Source of the DNA: a virus
Virus record (IMG/VR): IMGVR_UViG_3300010274_000002
Length of the DNA stretch: 64,000 nt
Reading direction: 5' to 3' (one strand)
Part shown: positions 39,212 to 47,837 of the stretch, one piece after another
How positions within the stretch are numbered: position 1 is the stretch's first letter
Layout of the letters: each line of letters begins with the position of its first letter
Made by a program: the position numbers and the translations under genes
Notes under the pieces: generated by a model
Database searches by the model: none
Told to the model about the DNA's origin: nothing
The model's input: only the letters and a program-made list of their open reading frames with translations

Positions 39212-39433
39212 ATGGGACTCCTGGTCAGGACGTGTCGTGCCTGCCAAGCGTGCGATACTTGCCAAGTGTGCGCCACGTGCGACTCGTGTAACACGGCGCA
39301 GGACTGCACCTCGTGCGACACATGTTACTCATGTGAGGTCTCATACGACGTGTGCGGCGTCTGCGCCGAGTGCCAAAGCTGCGTCGAGTGTATGAGATGC
39401 GTTGAGTGTCAGGTTTGTACAAATCCGTACTGA
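39212..39433 (+). CDS. Cys-rich CxxC-repeat peptide B (73 aa, 19 Cys)
   Basis: GAGGGGG RBS and ATG 39212 inside ORF-track 39074-39433; Cys blocks of 7/4/8. Confidence 0.85.
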   Translation: MGLLVRTCRACQACDTCQVCATCDSCNTAQDCTSCDTCYSCEVSYDVCGVCAECQSCVECMRCVECQVCTNPY

Positions 39434-39450
39434 CGATGGAGGGTAAATTC

Positions 39451-40569
39451 ATGCAACACGCTACGTGGTTCGTAACATCGCGCTGCAACTTGGCCTGCCG
39501 GTATTGCTTCACAAGGTTCAATCCGGACTTTCCTGCCCAGGATTCCACTCTTGAGGTGGGGAAGGCCGTTGTTGACCTTGTGCTGGCAAGCTCCACGATG
39601 CCGCAAGTCGGCATTTCTTTCTTTGGCGGTGAACCGCTGCTGAGGTTCGATTTGATGCGCGAGGTCGTCGAATATGCGGAAACACAGGCGGCGAAGGCAC
39701 GCAAGACTTTCGGTTTCTCTGTCACCACCAACGGTGTGCTGCTTGACGACGAGGCAATCCGCTGGCTGAAGCAGAAAAAGGTGAATCTGCTTCTGAGCAC
39801 GGACGGCATGCCTCACGAATTCAACCAGCGCGTATTCCCGGACGGCAGACCGAGCGCTCCACTAGTTCTTGAGCATGCTCTCAGCGTCCTGGAGGCCGGA
39901 TTGCAGCCCGTTTTGCGCTGGAGCTTGCATCCCGAGCACTTGTCATACCTGGCGACCGACCTGAAAGCGCTCGTGCGGCAGGGCTTTGACATCATCGCCG
40001 TTGATCCGGTGTATGAGGCGCCATGGACCGAACGCGACCTCGCACTCTACGAGGAACAACTTCGTGAGGTGGGCAGGTTCTACGTGTCGTGCCTGCGCCG
40101 AGGCCGTAGAGTCACAGTCAAGCCGATAGACGATGGTTTCGCCATGTTCACGATGGATGATAAACAGAAGACCCGGTGCGGAACGGCAATGCATGGCGTC
40201 GGCGTCGGAACTGACGGCAAGATATACCCGTGCCATCGCTACGTGACCCGTATGGAACCAGTCATCGGTGATGTGTTCAGCGGGTGGGACGAGACTGCGC
40301 TCGCGAAGGTGCAGGCGTGGGACGTGCGCAAAGCCCAGCCCGCATCGGGCGAATCATGCGCGGATTGCCCGGTGAATCTCCGGTGTCATGGCGGAGCATG
40401 CCTCTGTGTCAACCTGGACATGTGCGGGGACATCTATACTGTGCCGGACATCTACTGCAAGTTGCAGCGTATCAACCAGCGTGTGGCGAATGACGTGGTA
40501 TTCGTCCTGCACGCCGAGAAGAACCCGATACTTATGGAGAAGTTGAAGCACCCGGATCTGAGGACTTGA
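39451..40569 (+). CDS. radical SAM/SPASM-domain protein
   Basis: CNLACRYC (CX3CX2C), FFGGEPLL, TTNGVLL; SPASM cysteines RCG...IYPCHR...CADC...CHGGACLC...YC; GGAGGG RBS favours ATG 39451 (alternative 39436). Confidence 0.93.
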   Translation: MQHATWFVTSRCNLACRYCFTRFNPDFPAQDSTLEVGKAVVDLVLASSTMPQVGISFFGGEPLLRFDLMREVVEYAETQAAKARKTFGFSVTTNGVLLDDEAIRWLKQKKVNLLLSTDGMPHEFNQRVFPDGRPSAPLVLEHALSVLEAGLQPVLRWSLHPEHLSYLATDLKALVRQGFDIIAVDPVYEAPWTERDLALYEEQLREVGRFYVSCLRRGRRVTVKPIDDGFAMFTMDDKQKTRCGTAMHGVGVGTDGKIYPCHRYVTRMEPVIGDVFSGWDETALAKVQAWDVRKAQPASGESCADCPVNLRCHGGACLCVNLDMCGDIYTVPDIYCKLQRINQRVANDVVFVLHAEKNPILMEKLKHPDLRT

Positions 40570-40685
40570 CATCTTCGGACTGACAGAAAGGCATTAGGGG
40601 GTATCAGATCAAGAGAGACGCACAAGAGCACCTATTGCCAAAGCCGCTCATCATGTGGTCTTTTTGCTGTATGGGGGTGTCTACG

Positions 40686-40946
40686 ATGCCGACCGGACTT
40701 GCTGACTATGGCGTAGCGATCTTCTCAATCGGAATCGTCGCGTGGATGGTCATCAGTGTATTCGCGCCACGGCGAAAGGACCCCGACCTTTCGCGGATCA
40801 TCAGCGACAACACAAGGGCTTTGACAGAGCTTTCCGCTCTCATCGAGCAGCAGGGGCAGATGATTCAGGCGCAAGGCCAGGCATTGCGGGAACTCGCGAA
40901 TCTGTTCAACGAGCTCAGGTTGGAGGTGGCAAGAAAAGTGGGGTGA
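40686..40946 (+). CDS. holin-like / BhlA-XhlA-like membrane protein
   Basis: One N-terminal TM segment plus coiled coil; stop overlaps the endolysin start. Confidence 0.55.
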   Translation: MPTGLADYGVAIFSIGIVAWMVISVFAPRRKDPDLSRIISDNTRALTELSALIEQQGQMIQAQGQALRELANLFNELRLEVARKVG

Positions 40947-41488
40947 TTGCCTCCAGGACGGTCGTGATCGATTCGGGTCATGGTGGACGTGACCCGGGGG
41001 CCATCGGGCCGAGCGGGTTGAGAGAGGCCGATGTCACCCTGGAGTTGGGCCTGCTGGTCAAGTCCCGCCTTGAGAAGCGGGGCATCTCTGTCGTGTTGAC
41101 ACGGACGGAAGACGCCGACGTCAGCCTTGCGCGCCGGTGCGAGGTTGCGAACCGGTCCGGCGCGGCAGTGTTCGTCTCGCTGCACTGCAACGCGGCGGTC
41201 AACACGGAGGCTCACGGGACCGAGACGTATCATCTCGAGGGCTCCTCGGCGGGCCGGGTTCTGGCGACGCAGATTCACCGGAGGCTTGTCGCGTTGGGTT
41301 TGCGGGACCGCGGGGTACGGACGGCAGGCTACTACGTTTTGAAGCACACGAGGATGCCGGCTGCGCTCGTCGAGGTGGCGTTCATCACGCACCCGGCCGA
41401 AGAGGCGAAACTTGCATCGGCGGGTTTCCAGAACGCAGCGGCTGAGGCCATAGCCGAAGGCATACGCGCTTACTTGGAGGAGGGATGA
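40943..41488 (+). CDS. endolysin, N-acetylmuramoyl-L-alanine amidase (Amidase_3), catalytic domain only
   Basis: VVIDSGHGGRDPGA, E...FVSLHCNA, LVEVAFIT. Confidence 0.95.
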   Translation: MIASRTVVIDSGHGGRDPGAIGPSGLREADVTLELGLLVKSRLEKRGISVVLTRTEDADVSLARRCEVANRSGAAVFVSLHCNAAVNTEAHGTETYHLEGSSAGRVLATQIHRRLVALGLRDRGVRTAGYYVLKHTRMPAALVEVAFITHPAEEAKLASAGFQNAAAEAIAEGIRAYLEEG

Positions 41489-41491
41489 GTC

Positions 41492-41773
41492 GTGAGCTTC
41501 GACCTCGGCCCGGAACACATGGCGGTGGTATTGCTCATTGTTCTAGCAGTCGGGCGACTGAAACGGTGGATTGGCAAGGACTACGCGCCGTTCGTGGCGT
41601 TGGTGCTGGGTTGGCTCGGAGCGGTGCCGCTCATCATCTGGGAGGAGAGGGCGGCGCCGAGTTGGGGTGTGTTTTTGTCCGGAATGTTTATCGAGGGGAC
41701 GATGCTCGGTCTCGTAGCCATGGGCAGTTATGATACTTTGATTAAGAAGACAGGTCTGGGGAAGTGGTTGTGA
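41492..41773 (+). CDS. holin
   Basis: 93 aa with 2-3 TM helices; GLVAMGSYD C-terminal motif; follows the endolysin. Confidence 0.7.
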   Translation: MSFDLGPEHMAVVLLIVLAVGRLKRWIGKDYAPFVALVLGWLGAVPLIIWEERAAPSWGVFLSGMFIEGTMLGLVAMGSYDTLIKKTGLGKWL

Positions 41774-42519
41774 TGCTCAAGAGGCTGTCGGAGTTCATCC
41801 GTCGCAATTGGGCGGCATTCCTGGCCGCGCTGTTGGCCCTGGCGGGGGCGTTCCGACTCGTTCAGGGACAGAAGGTCAAGCGGCTCGTTAAAGGGGCGTC
41901 TGAAGCCAAATCCAAGGCCGACTCCCTTCGAATTGACGCGGCGGTGGAGGCCGAGAGACAGGCGGCCCGCCTGAGGGAGCAGGAGGCTCGGATGAGAGAG
42001 GGGGAGAGCAACAAGGACCGTGCCGACCGACTCAACGAGCGGCTCAATCAGCTCAAGAAGAAGCATGGCTTGTTGCTGCTGGTTATCGGAGTCCTGCTTC
42101 TTGCCCTCGGGGCCGGTCCGGTGAAGGCGTCCGACGAGGCGGCGTTGCCCAGCGACTACGCGGCCTTGGCGAAATTGTACTTCCAGGCGCTGGACCGGAT
42201 AGCGGAGCTAAAGGCGGACCTTGAGGAGGCTATCAGTATCGCCGACGAGTACAAGCAGCTCTATGAGGACGAGCGGCGGTTACGTCTACAGGCGGAGGCG
42301 GCTGTCACGGAGGCCGAGGCTGCGGTCAGTCGGGCCTTGGAGAGGGAGAAAGAGCTGCAGGAGGTCATCGCGAAGCAACACGAGACAATCTTGCAGCTCG
42401 CGTCGGTGAAGCGGTCGCCCATAGCACTTACGGCAGGTGTCAGTGCCCGGGTAGCGGTGAGACCCGAGGGATTAGCGTTGGAGCCAGTAGTCGCAGTGGG
42501 AGTGGAGTACAGGCCCTGA
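41773..42519 (+). CDS. membrane-anchored coiled-coil protein, spanin-like
   Basis: N-terminal TM, coiled coil, second hydrophobic helix, coiled coil, C-terminal alternating beta-strand segment; last gene of the lysis cassette. Confidence 0.5.
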   Translation: MLKRLSEFIRRNWAAFLAALLALAGAFRLVQGQKVKRLVKGASEAKSKADSLRIDAAVEAERQAARLREQEARMREGESNKDRADRLNERLNQLKKKHGLLLLVIGVLLLALGAGPVKASDEAALPSDYAALAKLYFQALDRIAELKADLEEAISIADEYKQLYEDERRLRLQAEAAVTEAEAAVSRALEREKELQEVIAKQHETILQLASVKRSPIALTAGVSARVAVRPEGLALEPVVAVGVEYRP

Positions 42520-42665
42520 GCTGCTCTCCGACAGTATAGGTTTGTTTAATCCGGCACGAACCTATTAAGCGATATGCGCGGCGCGCGTAATTAAGCGATC
42601 CGCGCATATATATGGACGGCTCCAAACCGCCCGCGTGCCTCTGCCAAATCGGCTGCCCATATCTG

Positions 42666-42701
42666 AGCCCGGTTCCCTTCGGGGGCCGGGCTTTTTCTTT
42701 T
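42666..42701 (+). terminator. intrinsic terminator ending the late operon
   Basis: AGCCCGGTTCCC-TTCG-GGGGCCGGGCT with UUCG loop followed by a T-run. Confidence 0.88.
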
Positions 42702-42745
42702 CGTGACGCTCACGATCTCCGCAGAAAAAACTTTGCCGGGGGGTA

Positions 42746-42776
42746 TTGACAGTAACATGATAGCATGATAGCATGT
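42746..42776 (+). promoter_or_regulatory. sigma70/sigmaA-type promoter overlapped by CATGATAG tandem repeats
   Basis: TTGACA (42746-51), 17 nt, TAGCAT (42769-74) with extended TG; CATGATAG-CATGATAG-CATG overlaps it. Confidence 0.7.
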
Positions 42777-42801
42777 AAGCAGAGACAAGCAAGAGGGGGT
42801 C

Positions 42802-43233
42802 GTGAACGTGGCCAAGTACAACGTGACATACAGCTGTGGGCATTCGGGCGAGGTTCAGCTGTTTGGTCCGCACGATGAACGGGAGCGCAAGCTGGCATGG
42901 TATCGCGACGTGGCCGTATGCCCCGATTGCTACCGCGCCCGGCAGAAGGCGGAAGCGGCGAAGCTGACCGAGAGCCTCGTGGAGCTTGTGGGCACGGAAA
43001 AGCAGGTCGCTTGGGCGAATGACCTCCGCGCCCGCCTGATCAAGGAGTTCCACGAGCGTTACCCCAAGAGCAGCGGTGAGAAAGGCGAGAAACGGGACAA
43101 GCTCTTTGAGTTGCTTCCCGCGGCGATAAACGAGCGACGTGAAGCCAAGTGGTGGATCGACAATCGAGATGACCTCGTTCGGGCAATCGCCCCGGTATGG
43201 CAGGACAAGGCGCGCGAGGCGGGGTTGATATAG
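42802..43233 (+). CDS. hypothetical phage protein
   Basis: YSCGH...CPDC; LVGTEKQVAWANDLR motif; follows the promoter. Confidence 0.7.
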   Translation: MNVAKYNVTYSCGHSGEVQLFGPHDERERKLAWYRDVAVCPDCYRARQKAEAAKLTESLVELVGTEKQVAWANDLRARLIKEFHERYPKSSGEKGEKRDKLFELLPAAINERREAKWWIDNRDDLVRAIAPVWQDKAREAGLI

Positions 43234-43317
43234 CAGAGCAACGCCCGATGAACCGGCAGAGGACGGGGAGGGCAGCGCGCAAGGCAAGAGAGCACAAATA
43301 GGAGAGGATGAAGAGGC

Positions 43318-43800
43318 GTGCGCAGACTGATGATACAGGTCACGGATGAGCAGTACGAATCGTTGAGACGAGTCGCCTTTCTCGAGAGGCGGAGCATCGC
43401 CGACGTGGTTCGCGAGGCTGTATCCCAGTATCTCGCTGCCAAGGCAGAGAAGGAGGCAGAGCCCATGAACATCAAGGCGTTGTTCTCGGAGCCGGAGAAC
43501 TGGAACGAGGAATACGGTATGAGCGGGTGCGTCACCTATCCCGTCGAGGTCACGACCGAGCACTCTGCCTCAAGCTACGGGCAGCCCGTGGTACTCATCG
43601 ACGGTGAGCCGTACGGCCCAGCGGAGATGCCGGAAGGCGAACTCCAAGTCCCACCGGAGTATTTGGCTCGCGTGAGAGCCGCCGGCTTTGCCGCACAGCC
43701 GATGTCGGCAGAGGACGCCTCCCGGTACTGGAAAGAAGCCGAAGGGCGTCCGGTCAGGGGTCATCGTCGGCATCCTGAAGCTCGGCTGGTCGTGTACTAG
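43318..43800 (+). CDS. CopG/ribbon-helix-helix domain protein with extra C-terminal domain
   Basis: MRRLMIQVTDEQYESLRRVAFLERRSIADVVREAVSQYL is a canonical RHH; followed by VTTEHSASSYGQPVV. Confidence 0.75.
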   Translation: MRRLMIQVTDEQYESLRRVAFLERRSIADVVREAVSQYLAAKAEKEAEPMNIKALFSEPENWNEEYGMSGCVTYPVEVTTEHSASSYGQPVVLIDGEPYGPAEMPEGELQVPPEYLARVRAAGFAAQPMSAEDASRYWKEAEGRPVRGHRRHPEARLVVY

Positions 43801-43834
43801 CCGCTGGGCCCACGAAAGCCGGGGAGGGGCATGC

Positions 43835-44770
43835 ATGAGCACGAGGGTTAGGTGGACTCGGGAGGCGGTGGTCGAAGCCATCCGCCAGCGTCGCGCTGAC
43901 CGTCTTCCCATCAACTACCAGGCCGTCGTCAAGAGCGACGAAAAGCTTGCCGGGGCGGGGCGCAGGCTGTTTGGCTCCTGGAACGAGGCGTTAGCGGCCG
44001 CCGGGTTCGACGCCGAAGAGGTCAAGCGCGAAGCGAGGCGCGGCCCGAAGCTGCCGAGGGACTCTTGGACCAAAGAGATGGTGATCGAGGGCATTCGGCG
44101 GGCGGCCCAGGAGGGCCAGGACCTTGCGGCTCACAGGATGCAGAAGTGGAATTCGTCGCTCGTCGCCACTGGCCAACGCCTTTTCGGGTCCTGGCGCGAG
44201 GCTTTGCTTGCCGCCGGGTATGCCCCCGACCTGATTCAGCGGGTGCATGAGTGGACGAACGAGGAGATTCTCGAGCGCATCCGAATGCTCGCCGCCAACG
44301 GCGCGGACTTGTCGGATAGGACCGCGTCCGCCTACGACCCCGGCTTCCAGGCCGCGGCCAGCAAGCATTTCGGTTCGTGGGCTGCCGCCCTGGAGGCCGC
44401 GGGCGTGCCATACGACGAGGTGCGGCGGACCGCGAAGTGGTCGCGTAGCAAGGTGCTCGAGGCGATTCGGGAAGGCCGTCGCGACCGCGTGATGCAGTAC
44501 ATAGCGCGCGACTACTTTCCCTCTTGGAGCGCGGCTTTGCGCGCGGCTGGCGTGCCGGAGGACAAGGCCGAGAAGGTCGGCAACCAGATCCGCGAGCGGC
44601 GCCGCGCGTTGGGGCTGTCTCAGACCGAGCTCGGCCGGATGCTCGGTTATTCCCACCGGGCGATATCGATGCTAGAGCTCGGGCAGTGGCGGGATCCGAG
44701 GGTGAGCGTGGCGTTGAGGCTCGCTAAAGCCTTGCAGTGCAAGGTGGAGGACATTTTCAGTGTAGATTAA
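43835..44770 (+). CDS. protein with four W..E.V/I...FGSW..AL.AAG repeats and C-terminal XRE HTH
   Basis: Four ~60-aa repeats; IRERRRALGLSQTELGRMLGYSHRAISMLELG HTH. Confidence 0.8.
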   Translation: MSTRVRWTREAVVEAIRQRRADRLPINYQAVVKSDEKLAGAGRRLFGSWNEALAAAGFDAEEVKREARRGPKLPRDSWTKEMVIEGIRRAAQEGQDLAAHRMQKWNSSLVATGQRLFGSWREALLAAGYAPDLIQRVHEWTNEEILERIRMLAANGADLSDRTASAYDPGFQAAASKHFGSWAAALEAAGVPYDEVRRTAKWSRSKVLEAIREGRRDRVMQYIARDYFPSWSAALRAAGVPEDKAEKVGNQIRERRRALGLSQTELGRMLGYSHRAISMLELGQWRDPRVSVALRLAKALQCKVEDIFSVD

Positions 44771-44773
44771 ACC

Positions 44774-45035
44774 CCAGCTAGAAGGCCATTGTCCAATCAT
44801 TGTCCAATTTGCGATTCCGACGGGGAAAAAGGTGACGTAGGTGACACTGGAGGGCAATACTCAGTCCGAGCTAGATGGCATAATGCCTGGTCTGGTGTTT
44901 CCAGTTCGAGGGCCGAGTTTGAATCCCATCATCCACCCCATCCTATTATCACAGGGCCTGTACGCTGGGAAAACGCAAATGGACAACGACTGGTATTGTC
45001 CAATCGTTGTCCATTTTTCTTTTCATCCAGCTAGA
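44774..45035. other. attP: tRNA-His-like 3' core (44921-44940) flanked by arm-type repeats
   Basis: GAATCCCATCATCCACCCCA fits a tRNA T-loop/acceptor end with C73; (A/G)TTGTCCA(A/T)T at 44788, 44799, 44995, 45006 and inverted at 44978; CCAGCTAGA at 44774 and 45027. Confidence 0.8.
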
Positions 45036-45039
45036 TACC

Positions 45040-46287
45040 TCATTTATCCGACAGCCCGAGAGCGCGCCGGAGGTCATTCAGCATTTCCCTTTCTCCCGAC
45101 GGGATCGCGTGGGCGTAAATCCTCAGTGTCGTCCCGACGTCGCTATGCCCAAGCCGCGCGGCCACGTAGTGAACCGGCACGCGCGCCTTCAGGAGCAAGG
45201 TCGCGCAGGTGTGGCGTAGCCCGTGAAACTTGATTGGGCGCACTCCGGCTCTCTTTATGATCCGCAGGAATTCCCTCTCGCCAAGGTTATTGGCTTGCAA
45301 GGGTCGCCCGATCACACCCTGTCGGCGGAATTTGTCGGGCTCCTTCGCAAACACGAGGCCGAAGTCATTGTATGCCGCGCCCACACGGAGTTTGATTTCG
45401 GCTTGGTGCTTGCGGTGCGCCCTGAGCAAGTTCAGCGTTTCCGGGGCGACCATAATCGTGCGCGGCCGTCGGTTCTTGACAGGCCCGAATATAGGTTCTT
45501 TCGAGGCGCGCACGAGCGAGCGCTCGATGCGGATCGTGCCGGTTTCCCAATCGATGTCTTTCCATTGCAACGCACAGAGTTCGCCTTTTCTCATTCCGGA
45601 ATCAAGAGCGAGGGCGAAGAACGCCGCCCACTGCGGCCCGGCCTCTCTCGCCGCTGCGAGGAACCTCGCTGCTTCCTCGGCTTCCCAGCAGTTTTCAAGA
45701 ACGTCCGCAGGCGAGTCCTCGCGACTTCTGGCGGGTTTGCCCATCATGTTTGAGGCCACGTTTTCCCGCACAAGGCGCTCCATTACGGCCGCGTCCAGTG
45801 CCGAATGGAGCACCATGTAGTGGAGTTCAAGCGTCGTCATGCTTTGGGTCTTGCCCAACTTATCGAAATAACGACGCAGGTGAGTAGTGCGGAGGTGTTG
45901 GATGGGGACTTCGCCGAGTTCGGGTATGAGGTGCAAGCGTATGATGCTTTCATAGCGGCTAGCAGTCGTCCCCGATTTCTTGGCCGTCTTGAGGATAGTC
46001 TCTCTGGGGTCTCCGATTGCGCATCCGTATTCGGCTCGAAACCACTCTCGAAGCCACTCTCCAAGGGTCATGTCATCAGGCGCGACGTAGCTTTCATCGT
46101 CAAGCTCTCTCTGCAGCTGGCGCAGCACTCTCTTGGCTTCGGTCAGGGAGCCATAAACGACTCGCGATGGTCGGATGCGTCGGCCGTCAGCATCGAAACC
46201 GGCAGAGGCCCGGACCAGGAATTTGTTGTCGTCGACTTGTATGATCTGGCCGTCGCCCCAGCGGGCGCGGGTCTTCTTGCGTGCCAT
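45040..46287 (-). CDS. int: tyrosine recombinase (integrase)
   Basis: SGMRKGEL, FHGLRHT, LGHSD...TLRIYAH catalytic R-H-R-H-Y set; GGAGG RBS before ATG 46287. Confidence 0.96.
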   Translation of the reverse strand: MARKKTRARWGDGQIIQVDDNKFLVRASAGFDADGRRIRPSRVVYGSLTEAKRVLRQLQRELDDESYVAPDDMTLGEWLREWFRAEYGCAIGDPRETILKTAKKSGTTASRYESIIRLHLIPELGEVPIQHLRTTHLRRYFDKLGKTQSMTTLELHYMVLHSALDAAVMERLVRENVASNMMGKPARSREDSPADVLENCWEAEEAARFLAAAREAGPQWAAFFALALDSGMRKGELCALQWKDIDWETGTIRIERSLVRASKEPIFGPVKNRRPRTIMVAPETLNLLRAHRKHQAEIKLRVGAAYNDFGLVFAKEPDKFRRQGVIGRPLQANNLGEREFLRIIKRAGVRPIKFHGLRHTCATLLLKARVPVHYVAARLGHSDVGTTLRIYAHAIPSGEREMLNDLRRALGLSDK

Positions 46288-46445
46288 GTGTGTCACCTCC
46301 AACGGAGGAAGGGTCCAGGATGTCAGATGAACCATGTGTGCGGCTCTGCACCCATTCAACGAATCTCGGTTATTCCCTTTTGTTCATCCTGTCTCGCCAG
46401 CAACGTTCGAAGATGTTGTCGTTGACAGCCTGTCTCCTCCCATTG

Positions 46446-47837
46446 CTACTCAACTGTCCGCAGAGCCTCTCTGTCCAATTCGGTCGAGGGGCTAGGACGA
46501 TAGTGCTCAAGCAATGAGCGGAACGTTCCACTCAGCTGGCATTCGTGCAGCTTTTGTGGTTCCCTATGAAGGCATTCCAAGACATGTATGAACTCGTTCC
46601 TTTCTGCCTCGGAAAGGCTCCGGAAAAGACTCCTCCAGCGTTTAGCTTCCATTTCATAGCGCCTTCTGTAGATAATGTAATCATCCGGCATACACAAGAT
46701 TTCTACAAAGTCTTCGTATGTCTTGCCAAAAGCTGTTTCAAAGAACTCCCTTTTGGGACTAACCAACCCGCGTGTGGCGTTGAGCACACACTGGATTCCG
46801 CGAAGGTATCGCCAACTCCACGCAGGACCAATATAGTGCCTGTCCACACTGGTGATAGGTATATACCTCATAGGAAATCCCGTAATCCTCACACCATACT
46901 GCTCGGATAGCTCGATATTCAGGCGCATGCGATGATAGAAGCTTTCAGGTGTGTCGTCAAAGTTATACATTATGTAGGTTGTGAACTCCTGAAACCCTTC
47001 TCTGGCCAGAAGCTCGATGGCATTTCGGTAGTAGGGTTCCATGGCATCAAAATCGAGCGCAAGCCTAACCGGTGAGAGGGCTATCGATGAAAGCAATCGT
47101 GCGGTGTTTTCATTGACAAGACGTGCATCAATTCCCTGAGTGAAGTCTACAACCCTTAGCCTGTTATTCCTTTTGGCTCCCCTACCAAAACCTAGGTCGA
47201 CTATCTCTGCAACGATTTGGTCAACATTATCCGCAGCCAATACGTTATTGTCCAACAGGATTAGATGCTGTTTTTCTCCGTATCTTTCAGCTATAGCCTT
47301 CACCTGATCATGGAGGCTCAAGAAGCGCTTGAATTCAGGCTCAAGCCGTGGGACAGCACAAAATGAGCACCGCCGTATACACCCCAACGTAGCACGGCAG
47401 AAGTAACTGTCTTGATGGTGGTAACTGTGGCCAGTACCTTCCAAAATGCCATAATCAGGAACCAAATAGGCAATCGGCAACGATTCATCGTCGATCATAT
47501 TTGCCCTTATTAACTGACCCTGTACGATTCGACAATCCACGCGTTGGCGAACATACTCGGGGTGCAGAGTTACACCAATTCCCCCGACTATCAAGTGCTC
47601 GGGTTTCTCCACTGACTGCCTGTAGTACTTCAAGGTCTTGACAGTACGCGGCAACTCGTAAGTGAATAGAGAGGATACATATACCCTGTTCCAGATAACG
47701 CTACGAAGTGGACGATTCAGCCCACGCACGAACGTGACGGCATCGCCACGCTCTTTGTAATACGTCGCTATACGCATTAATCCAAGGGGCGGGAACTTCG
47801 AGTCATAATCTGGTTCAACAAGCAAAATGTTTGCCAC
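46446..47837 (-). CDS. radical SAM protein with B12-binding-like N-terminal domain
   Basis: ILLVEPDYDSKFPPLGLMRIA; RATLGCIRRCSFCAVP (CX3CX2C); LLDNNVLA. Confidence 0.82.
   Translation of the reverse strand: MANILLVEPDYDSKFPPLGLMRIATYYKERGDAVTFVRGLNRPLRSVIWNRVYVSSLFTYELPRTVKTLKYYRQSVEKPEHLIVGGIGVTLHPEYVRQRVDCRIVQGQLIRANMIDDESLPIAYLVPDYGILEGTGHSYHHQDSYFCRATLGCIRRCSFCAVPRLEPEFKRFLSLHDQVKAIAERYGEKQHLILLDNNVLAADNVDQIVAEIVDLGFGRGAKRNNRLRVVDFTQGIDARLVNENTARLLSSIALSPVRLALDFDAMEPYYRNAIELLAREGFQEFTTYIMYNFDDTPESFYHRMRLNIELSEQYGVRITGFPMRYIPITSVDRHYIGPAWSWRYLRGIQCVLNATRGLVSPKREFFETAFGKTYEDFVEILCMPDDYIIYRRRYEMEAKRWRSLFRSLSEAERNEFIHVLECLHREPQKLHECQLSGTFRSLLEHYRPSPSTELDREALRTVE

Noticed and set aside
39195-39395. 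ORF-track 66-aa ORF
   Set aside because: Alternate frame of Cys-rich peptide B, which has the RBS and the conserved pattern
44890-44940. Possible tRNA gene
   Set aside because: Only the last ~20 nt resemble a tRNA; no matching 5' acceptor strand, D-arm or anticodon arm. Treated as the attP core
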